Source of the DNA: Macrostomum lignano
Lineage: Eukaryota
Direction: 5' to 3'
DNA length: 64,000 nucleotides
Assembly: GCA_002269645.1 (NCBI GenBank)
Contig: NIVC01002294.1
Coordinates: 1 to 64,000 of the forward strand
Part shown: positions 48,687-64,000 of the stretch, piece after piece
Layout of the letters: each line of letters starts with the position of its first letter
How positions within the stretch are numbered: position 1 is the stretch's first letter
The notes under the pieces: generated by a model
Seen by the model: the letters and a program-made list of their open reading frames with translations, nothing else
What the model was told of the DNA's origin: nothing
The model's database searches: none
Made by a program: the position numbers and the translations under genes

Positions 48687-49064
48687 TATGAAACATATCT
48701 TTCTGATTTTACCACTGCATCGTCTTCGTCTTCAAGTAAAAGTTTTCTTGAAAAATTTTTTATTTTAAATTTACCAGTCTAAAAATTTAATACCACTGAA
48801 TAAGTATGTTCAGGTTTGAACACTACGAATCGGTAGACGGTAGGAGATAGCCAGGACCAGGAGTTTACTGTAATAAAGCATTTATACGCTAATATTAAAC
48901 AATGGTAGATTGCATAGACGTATTAAATTAAATTAGCTGAAGATACAATCCAAAAGTATAAAAGTTCTAAATGTTTTTTTTTTTTGATTTACAAGCGACG
49001 TGTCTGGCTTTAATTCGGTCTTGTTTAATGTATTTATATGACCTCTGCCACTGCCGAGAGATGA

Positions 49065-49137
49065 GGGGTACTAGCTCAAATGGTAGAGCGCTCGCTTAGC
49101 ATGCGAGAGGTACAGGGATCGATGCCCTGGTACTCCA
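49065..49137 (+). tRNA. tRNA-Ala-AGC: tRNA-Ala(AGC)
   Basis: 73-nt cloverleaf, G3:U70, anticodon loop TTAGCAT, T-loop ATCGATG (A54, as in animal tRNA-Ala), oligo-T downstream. Confidence 0.97.
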
Positions 49138-49530
49138 TACAATTATTTTTGTTCAGGTTTTTTTGGTGGATTTTTGGAAAATTTAAATACATAAAAACAA
49201 CAGAAGACTTTTATGTGGAAAATATTTTACATTAGGGAGTGAAGTTTAATGGTTAAAGCTTGCCGATATGTATCGAAAAAATTATTTGTTCAGTTTAATC
49301 CACTCTATCGTCTTTAGTGTAATTACTAATGTAGCATGCATAGTCCGAGTTTAGGGTCACAGCACAAGTTAAAAAATATGAGCGACATCTTTTGCTATAA
49401 ATTTAGAATAAGTTTGTGACGTGCACAGGCATGCATGGAAAAATAGATAATTATTATAAATAGCAGAATCCACTGTTAAGTCGTTCAGAATGAGTGATGG
49501 TTGAAAAAAAGATAATAGCTGTGCTGTGAC

Positions 49531-49603
49531 TGGAGTACCAGGGCATCGATCCCTGTACCTCTCGCATGCTAAGCGAGCGCTCTACCATTTGAGCTAGTAC
49601 CCC
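49531..49603 (-). tRNA. tRNA-Ala-AGC: tRNA-Ala(AGC), identical copy
   Basis: Exact reverse complement of copy 1; T7 terminator downstream. Confidence 0.97.
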
Positions 49604-49770
49604 TTATTAAGCACGGCATATTCACGGCAATGAAATTCCCACTATGAAAATGCTAGGGTTGCTACTGCAAGTAGGCAAAACGAATAAACTTAATGCACAA
49701 GTGCGCAAATCTCAGCATTGTTTGCCAACAAACAAATCGGCAATGCGATAAGCCGGCCGATAAGCGGCGA

Positions 49771-49843
49771 GGGGTACTAGCTCAAATGGTAGAGCGCTCG
49801 CTTAGCATGCGAGAGGTACAGGGATCGATGCCCTGGTACTCCA
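49771..49843 (+). tRNA. tRNA-Ala-AGC: tRNA-Ala(AGC), identical copy
   Basis: Identical to copy 1; TTTT downstream. Confidence 0.97.
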
Positions 49844-50482
49844 CAACCTTTTGAGTTCAACGTGCTTAGATAAAAGTCTATAAACGATAAAGTTTTTTAT
49901 ACAGTTTAGGAATTCTTTAAAAATCGTATCGAGATTTTGTCTGGTTAAAACGTAGGTAAATTTTGGAATTACACGCATTATGTATTACGCAACAATGGGC
50001 TTTCACAAACTACTTTCCATACATATCGGCAGCTCAATATTGCACGTGACTTATCATTGGCAACTTGTTTAGAAATGAAAGAAGTCCAAGAGTCAGATAG
50101 CACACTTGTTGGAGATAATTTAGGACGCGATTTTGCCTGTAGTGTATGCCTGACTTATTGAATTAATATAATAAGTGTTATAATTATGATATAATAAAAT
50201 CAACAACAATAAACATTCGCATTTTGCGCTTCATCAAGAGCTTAAAAAATCAAACAAAACTAGAAAGATGCTACGAAATAATCTGGGAGGAAACAAATAA
50301 AATGCCGACAGAAAATGTTTTACAGAAACAGATGAGAGGGGGGCCTCACGAGGGCTGGCACTGGGACACGGCCAAGGACTGGCTCCGGACATTCCGAATA
50401 CTCGAAACTCGCGTGCCAGCAACTGCAGAGCAGCAAACACGAGCAGGCTGGACTTTGAAGTCATGGCGAACTAGTGCCTCAT

Positions 50483-51758
50483 CTAAACACAGCTCATGAT
50501 CTGACTGGAGTTCATAGCTATGATCTGACTGGAGGTCATAGCTCATGATCTGACTGGAGGTCATAGCTCATGATCTGACTGGAGGTCATAGCTCATGATC
50601 TGACTGGAGGTCATAGCTCATGATCTGACTGGAGGTCATAGCTCATAATCTGACTGGAGGTCATAGCTCATGATCTGACTGGAGGTCATAGCTCATGATC
50701 TGACTGGAGGTCATAGCTCATGATCTGACTGGAGGTCATAGCTCATGATCTGACTGGAGGTCATAGCTCATGATCTGACTGGAGGTCATAGCTCATGATC
50801 TGACTGGAGGTCACAGCTCATGATCTGACTGGAGGTCATAGCTCATGATCTGACTGGAGGTCATAGCTCATGATCTGACTGGAGGTCATAGCTCATGATC
50901 TGACTGGAGGTCACAGCTCATGATCTGACTGGAGGTCATAGCTCATGATCTGACTGGAGGTCATAGCTCATGATCTGACTGGAGGTCATAGCTCATGATC
51001 TGACTGGAGGTCATAGCTCATGATCTGACTGGAGGTCATAGCTCATGATCTGACTGGAGGTCATAGCTCATAATCTGACTGGAGGTCATAGCTCATGATC
51101 TGACTGGAGGTCATAGCTCATGATCTGACTGGAGGTCATAGCTCATGATCTGACTGGAGGTCATAGCTCATGATCTGACTGGAGGTCATAGCTCATGATC
51201 TGACTGGAGGTCATAGCTCATGATCTGACTGGAGGTCACAGCTCATGATCTGACTGGAGGTCATAGCTCATGATCTGACTGGAGGTCATAGCTCATGATC
51301 TGACTGGAGGTCATAGCTCATGATCTGACTGGAGGTCATAGCTCATGATCTGACTGGAGGTCATAGCTCATGATCTGACTGGAGGTCACAGCTCATGATC
51401 TGACTGGAGGTCATAGCTCATGATCTGACTGGAGGTCATAGCTCATGATCTGACTGGAGGTCATAGCTCATGATCTGACTGGAGGTCACAGCTCATGATC
51501 TGACTGGAGGTCATAGCTCATGATCTGACTGGAGGTCATAGCTCATGATCTGACTGGAGGTCATAGCTCATGATCTGACTGGAGGTCATAGCTCATGATC
51601 TGACTGGAGGTCACAGCTCATGATCTGACTGGAGGTCATAGCTCATGATCTGACTGGAGGTCATAGCTCATGATCTGACTGGAGGTCATAGCTCATGATC
51701 TGACTGGAGGTCATAGCTCATGATCTGACTGGAGGTCATAACTCATGATCTGACTGGA
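50483..51758. repeat. 25-bp minisatellite (GATCTGACTGGAGGTCATAGCTCAT)
   Basis: About 50 near-identical units. Confidence 0.97.
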
Positions 51759-51774
51759 TATCATAAATATTGGT

Positions 51775-52265
51775 CAAAGTGGGTGCATAATGGGGATCAA
51801 AGCTCATGCTCATAGTGGGGTGCATAATGGGGATCAAAGCTCATGCTCATAGTGGGGTGCATAATGGGGATCATAGCTCATGCTCATAGTGGGGTGCATA
51901 CTGGGGTCATAGCTCTCGGTCATAGTGGGGTGCATGCTTGGGGTCATAGCTCACGGTCATAGTGGGGTGCATACTGGGGTCATAGCTCTCGGTCATAGTG
52001 GGGTGCATGCTTGGGGTCATAGCTCACGGTCATAGTGGGGTGCATGCTTGGGGTCATAGCTCACGGTCATAGTGGGGTGCATACTGGGGTCATAGCTCAC
52101 GGTCATAGTGGGGTGCATGCTTGGGGTCATAGCTCACGGTCATAGGGGTGCATGCTGGGGTCATAGCTCACGGTCATAGGGGTGCATACTGGGGTCATAG
52201 CTCACGGTCATAGGGGTGCATACTGGGGTCATAGCTCACGGTCATAGGGGGGCATGCTGGGGGTC
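51775..52265. repeat. 34-37-bp minisatellite (AGTGGGGTGCATACTGGGGTCATAGCTCACGGTCAT)
   Basis: About 13 units; shares the GGTCATAGCTCA core with the adjacent 25-bp array. Confidence 0.9.
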
Positions 52266-52655
52266 ATGATAACTCGCGGTCCTAACGGATTAACAAACGA
52301 CAAAGCCGCATGACCTGGGCACTCCGGCAGCCAGAAGCCGGGGGAACACCAAACAAGCCGTCCTGATGAGGTAAAAAATAGCAATAAGCGGAGGCGAGAC
52401 AAAGCATAAAAAATAGCGAGGCGGCTACGCAGACTGCAAGTGTTAAAAAGGCCATGTAATGAGAGGGCACACAGACTGGCCAGCAATTCAACAGTGCATG
52501 GGCAATGCAACTCAGGAATCACGCTAACCTCTGAGATCCACGCATGGGCTGGATGGGAAAAAATGAAGTGAAATGTGGGACATAAAAATCGAAAAGCGAG
52601 CGCATCCTCCGTGCGCCGACAACCGCGAGGGAAACTGGCTATCGAGTCCGGGACT

Positions 52656-58553
<5,898 letters not shown>

Positions 58554-58814
58554 TTAATCAACCAATTTAAAAGTATGAGTTCTTGATTGAAGAAAGAATC
58601 AAATTGAAATCTGTTGGATTAAAAATAGCATTATTCCCAACTAAACTAAAATACTTTTAGCATTCAAAAGGTATAATATATTGTTAGGTATATAACCCAT
58701 AAGTTTCAATATTCCCAAGGCTTTGTAATCGTATAATCCTTTAGCTAGAAATATATATTGTTACTTTTATAACATAAGCAATAGATTTGATTGAAATAAG
58801 TTCAAAATCCTACA

Positions 58815-59435
58815 AATGAGTACTTACAAACCTACACTGAGAAATGAAAATTTATCCCCTCAATCCAATCTAATCAAATGAGTACTTACAAACCTACACT
58901 GAGAAAGGAAAATTTATCCCCTCAATCCAATCTAATCAAATGAGTACTTACGAACCTACATTGAGAAAGGAAAATTTATCCCCTCAATCCAATCTAATCA
59001 AATGAGTACTTACAAACCTACACTGAGAAAGGCAAATTTATCCCCTCAATCCAATCTAATCAAATGAGTACTTACAAACCTACACTGAGAAAGGAAAATT
59101 TATCCCCTCAATCCAATCTAATCAAATGAGTACTTACAAACCTACACTGAGAAAGGCAAATTTATCCCCTCAATCCAATCTAATCAAATGAGTACTTACA
59201 AACCTACACTGAGAAAGGCAAATTTATCCCCTCAATCCAATCTAATCAAATGAGTACTTACAAACCTACACTGAGAAAGGCAAATTTATCCCCTCAATCC
59301 AATCTAATCAAATGAGTACTTACAAACCTACACTGAGAAAAGCAAATTTATCCCCTCAATCCAATCTAATCAAATGAGTACTTACAAACCTACACTGAGA
59401 AAGGCAAATTTATCCCCTCAATCCAATCTAATCAA
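58815..59435. repeat. 62-bp minisatellite x about 10
   Basis: Period 62 (TCCCCTC at 59041 and 59103); abuts the Gypsy relic. Confidence 0.95.
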
Positions 59436-59440
59436 ATCAG

Positions 59441-61260
59441 TTAGAACTTGCGAAGGTGAGATTTCTGGGCTACAGGATTAGCACTACAGGCGTCTCTCTC
59501 CGATCCAAAGTTGGTTAAAATAATCCAGGAAATCAATGCGCCCAAGGACCGTCGCCAGTTAGAGTCCTTCTTAGGCCTCTGCAACTTTTTTGGAGGTTCG
59601 TGAAGAATACTCCAGCATCGTTGAGCCACTGAATCAGCTAAGAGGTAGGAATACTGACTTTATTTGGGGCGCAGAACAGGATCGGGCGTTTCACCATCTG
59701 AAGGAACTCCTGGCCAGCAGACCCATCATCCGCCCATTCAATTAGAAAAAGGAAACAACGCTGACCACGGATGCCAGTGATCATGCTATTGCTGCGATTC
59801 TCACCCAAGATGGACATCCTGTGATGTACTTCAGCAGGAGATCAAGTGAAGCTAAGTCTAGATAATCCAACGTAAAGTGAGAGGCCCTTGCAATTGTCTG
59901 GGTTATGGAATGAGCCTGCCAATTTCTGCTGGGAACCTGCTTTTCTCTGAAGACAGACCACCGGCCCCTAGAATTTCTATTCGGTAGGAGGCGGCAGCTC
60001 CCAAAGGTGGCCAGTGCGAATCAAATATGTAAAAGGCAGTGAGATCCCACGTCTCCATTTCATAGATGAGCCAACTTAGCGCCTATCCAAAGCCAGCAAG
60101 GACGCGCACATTGTGCACTGGACAGGCAGAGCTGTCCTTCTTTGGTACAAACTGGCTGACAAAACCTTAAAAGAGCGCCTTTAATCTGCTTGGGATACAG
60201 GTGCCTATCTAACATGTGCCAGACTTCATCCAAGAGGTCAGAGCACTGTGCACCGCTGGCCACAAGAGAAGCGACAAGAGCACTTGTGCCGCGTCCATAT
60301 GGACCATGCACACGTGCCAGGAGTCGGTCTCATCCTGATTCTCGTGGACGCTATGTCGGGCTAGCTGGAGGCCGTGCGAGTTCCAGATAGAAGCGCAGCA
60401 ACCGTGAAGCGTGTGCTCCAAGATGTTTTCTCTTACAATGGAGTCCCTGACGTGCTGGTGAGCGACAACGCGACAGAATTCCATGATGCTGAATGACTGG
60501 CTGGCTGGCTGCCCCATCAAGACCCCGCCACTGCATCCTCATCCAACGGCATCGCGGAGCAAATGGTTCAATCTATCAAGAAGGCCTCTCTGGGCTGGAA
60601 TCGTCGAGAAACATACGAGAGCTTCTTGGCCAGGCTTCTACTAAACTAAACTACTGCTGCATCCTGCATGCAGGATGTCCGCACAGCCCATCGGAGCTGA
60701 TGGGTCGGCAGCTGCGAAATCCCATTACCATGCGCACGCGGATCGGATCTGGCATCTGGTACGTCCGCGCCGCTGGACTTCCCCTGAAAAGGCAGAGTTT
60801 CTCCTGCAGAAAGGCTCAAATACTGCCCTCATTCAACCAGGATCCGGGTGTCTCATATTGGCGCATCAGCATCAGATTCGACCATTGATCAATCTGGAAG
60901 CAAATCAATCGAGCACTGAAGAGGCAGAGAACAATGCCGCCACTCCATTACCAAGACACGCCAGTGATGCTGCTGCTGACCTGATCAACAGTTCTCCTGA
61001 GTGGTGCAGCATGGAAGGCGACAATGGTGCACACACCGAACAGGCAACAGAAGTGGCACCCGATGCTGTGCTTTACATGGAACCAGAGCCTTGTCCAACT
61101 CTCCCTGATAGCATGCTAAGGCGCTACTCCTTGCGCTCAAATAGGGGAGTGCCTCCTCTATGGTTCGGAGGGGGCAGATGACATGTTGGGGGTTGTCACT
61201 GACTATTGACTGGCTGACTATTAAGCTTTAACTCACCTTGTGCCCTACTTACCTTGCCAA
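59441..61260 (+). mobile_element. Ty3/Gypsy LTR retrotransposon pol relic (RT thumb, RNase H, integrase) with stops and frameshifts
   Basis: [46 protein letters not shown]; integrase RVHMDHA...LILVDAMSG*LEAV...VLVSDNATEF...HPHSNGIAEQMVQSIKKA; purine tract GGAGGGGGCAGA then TG at about 61179 (possible PPT/LTR). Confidence 0.9.
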
Positions 61261-61981
61261 GTATTCACCCTACTAATGTGTACATCAATGCAAACATAAT
61301 GTTTTTCTACTCCAACTTTTATCAATAACTCAAATATCATTTTATACAACTTCATACTTAAATAATTGCATCTGGCTTTTTCTTGGTGTTTTTTTCTTAT
61401 TTAGCAAATATATTAGTTTGCTATATTGCTATTGCTCCAACTAAAGCAAGTCCTTCCAGCATCCTTCCAAAACTTAAATGCCTATGCTAAGTGTATAAGG
61501 GCATAGATAATTATTTAAAAAACATACAGTAATACTACACTAAATTATAATGCATTAGGAGTAATATAAATAATATTTAGATAATAAAATCTCTTATCAT
61601 ATAATTAATATAAGCATAGTATGCAAATATTTATATAAATCTTTATATATAACTTATATTTGCTTTAAATAAATATTGTGTAAGCCTTATTAGAAGTTAT
61701 TACTTTGGTACTTTATGTTAACAATAGTTTTCTAATAATGACTTGAAAATGAAATATTGATATACAATTTAATAATACACTTGTAGATTAAAATAGGTTT
61801 ATTTGCAAGCACTTATTGACTTCATAAATTAAAAAATGGCTAACTAATTTAAGTTTATTTTATCTAATTTAACCTTACAAATATTGGATAACATAGTTAT
61901 ACATAAGTTTTTTTAGATAGAATATAAGGAACAAAGTACTAATGTTAATGAAATTCTTTTGTATTTAGAGGTTAAATAAGT

Positions 61982-62707
61982 GGCAGTTGTTATTGTTATG
62001 GTGACCGTATAAATAACAAAATGGTTATTTTTACAGTTAACACATAAGACACTATGCGGGCCTATGGTCTTTACTTAACATACATGCACAACCTTCAAAA
62101 TTCGGTCGGCCATGCGACTTAGTTTTAACAAAAATGCGACATAGTTTTTGGCCAAAAATGCGACTTACATGTAAAAAACCCATATGCAAAATTAACGCAA
62201 CTTTGGGTAAACGGCAGGAGTAACTATGACTGTCTTATTAAGGCAAAATGCCTCGTCAGCTACTTAGTACTACTACTTTGGTATTTTTTGGGTGAGCATT
62301 TTTGCAACTTCCTTGATTGGCCGCCAAATCGGTTGGCCGGATCGGCTGACTCGGCCGACTGTTGCGCATGTATGTTACTTAATGTAACCGTATAAATAGC
62401 AAAACTGTTATTTTTATGGTCACCGTAGGTAGGAAGCAAAATGGATATTTTTATGGTCATGTGGAAGAAATTTCTGTTAAATTACAAGGTAATAGTAACA
62501 ATTACCTAAAGTGAGCTACTATGACAAGAACCACTAGAAGTTACCATGGTATTTATTAATAAAACATTTCTTTATTTTTTAAATTTAACCATCATAGTAT
62601 TTGCATAGCAAGTTTGTCACTTCATTTAGATGGTATTAGTTTTAAGTGTTAACCATAAAAATAACCATCTCGCTATTTATACAGTCACCGTAACAATAAC
62701 AACTGCC
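61982..62707. mobile_element. Mutator(MULE)-like MITE, 62-bp TIRs, 9-bp TSD, carrying a nested hAT MITE
   Basis: TIR GGCAGTTGTTATTGTTA...; TSD TAAATAAGT (61973-61981 and 62708-62716). Confidence 0.85.
62079..62374. mobile_element. hAT-like MITE (296 bp), same family as 16494-19094
   Basis: TIR CATACATGC[A/G]CAAC; 8-bp TSD TTACTTAA (62071-62078 and 62375-62382). Confidence 0.85.
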
Positions 62708-63324
62708 TAAATAAGTAGGCCTATCAAAAACATTTAAATTTTAAATGTTTCAAAATTGAAAAAAGTTTTTAAATAAATCTTACATTAAGCAAACATATAA
62801 AAAATATTCTTTTAGACTACTAAAGAATAAGTCTATTTAGATAGAATATAATTAGAATATATCAAACAATTAATCTACTAATATAGCTAAAATGCTAATA
62901 TTTTTTTAGCTTTATTTATAGCTAGCTATTAGCCTATTAGGTTTTTAAAAAGGTTTTACTAAAATTGAAATTTTTAAAATCTTTTTTAGAATTATGTTTT
63001 TCAAAATTATTAAAAGTTCTAATTTATTTTATTATAATTTATTATATTAAAAATAAATAAATAAATATTTTAGAACAACTAATAATAAAAACATTCATAA
63101 AAAGCTATTATATAGATAGACCTTGTTATAGTTACAAAAACTTCATATATTTAAATCAGTTTAATTGTTTCTATTAGAGAAAGTATTAATTTTAGCAAAA
63201 TATAAAAACAATCTTTTAACAAAGTAGGCCTACCCTACTATGATACTTTCAAAAGGTATGACCTAAAAAGGGTACCACCAAATTTGTCAATATCTAATCC
63301 TCAATATACATTTGGTATAAATTT

Positions 63325-63566
63325 GGTGCATGACTAAGACTGCCATACACAAAGACTGCCACAACTATTTACTGGTATTGAGGGGGAGCTAATCAATCTT
63401 CTAGCATTGCTATTCCTCTCATAGGTTTCTCTTGTAGGCTTGTCCTATTGGCTCTCCTACCCACTCATCCCCCCTCTAGCACTATTCAATAACATATTCA
63501 GCCAAATTCCTTCCCCAGCTCCTCAAGTGTGGCAGTCTTGGTGTGTGGCGGTTTTGGTCATACACC
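63325..63566. mobile_element. MITE (242 bp) with 39-bp TIRs and an 8-bp TSD; superfamily uncertain
   Basis: TIR GGTG[C/T]ATGAC...AAGACTGCCACA; TSD ATAAATTT (63317-63324 and 63567-63574). Confidence 0.75.
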
Positions 63567-64000
63567 ATAAATTTGGTATAACCTTTTTAGCATTCAAAGT
63601 AATCATAAATTAGATCTATTGCAAACTTATAGAAGTATTTTACTAATACTATTTAGTTAGAATTATTACATTGGTAAAACATATTTTTTTAAATGTCACA
63701 TAGGGGCCACCTAATATTAATAAGTAACAACAGTTGGCTTTGTATTTCTGTCTACCTAGCATAGGGATTTTACCCAGATTTAATTAGCAAACTTAGCACT
63801 CACTATATTTAAAAAACGGATCAAAATGTTTCTATTAAACTAAAGCTATGTATTACATATTGGTACTGAAGATCAAAGGGAAAAAATTAACAACATAACA
63901 GTTTGTTACTTCTACACTTTTAAAGGTTAAAGATTAAAGAAATGCTGTTTGTGAATAAAACTAAAGAAGCAAACCAATAAAATAACACGGGAACGCAGAT

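Noticed and set aside
52282-52491. Small hydrophobic ORF (MAFLTLAVCVAASLFFMLCLASAYCYFL) just downstream of AMPK
   Set aside because: Short, probably within the AMPK 3' UTR, with no convincing splice partner or homology.

Overview
Eukaryotic (metazoan) genomic DNA, not prokaryotic: spliced GT-AG genes with GC/CpG-rich exons, many private minisatellite arrays and AT-rich decayed transposons. The style resembles free-living flatworm genomes such as Macrostomum (inference only). Genes supported from sequence: a 9-exon, about 611-aa GPI-anchored protein with about 7 Ly6/uPAR-like Cys-rich modules (minus, 4113-9847); CASC3/Barentsz with a very long acidic N-terminus (20178-22748); a large-Maf bZIP (26693-27403); a coiled-coil protein (minus, 37079-38784, 3' end unresolved); an orphan His/Cys-rich protein (44025-45121); a BTB protein (minus, 46889-48305); three identical tRNA-Ala(AGC) genes; and a complete 6-exon AMPK alpha subunit (minus, 52656-58511). 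Mobile elements delimited by hand from TIRs and TSDs: an EnSpm-like element (2-bp TSD) splitting an ORF; a 2.6-kb hAT-like element and its 296-bp MITE (8-bp TSDs), with the MITE nested in a MULE-like MITE (9-bp TSD); another MITE; a LINE 3' end with a 15-bp TSD; a Gypsy pol relic; and a possible SAP-Gag (DIRS-like) relic. No CRISPR array. I found no clearly new molecular system. The most interesting signals are tandem arrays seeded at stop codons and splice sites, TE-restricted CpG decay, a minisatellite grown from hAT subterminal motifs, and the modular Ly6-like surface protein. All coordinates were derived by eye and may be off by a few bases, especially for repeats.
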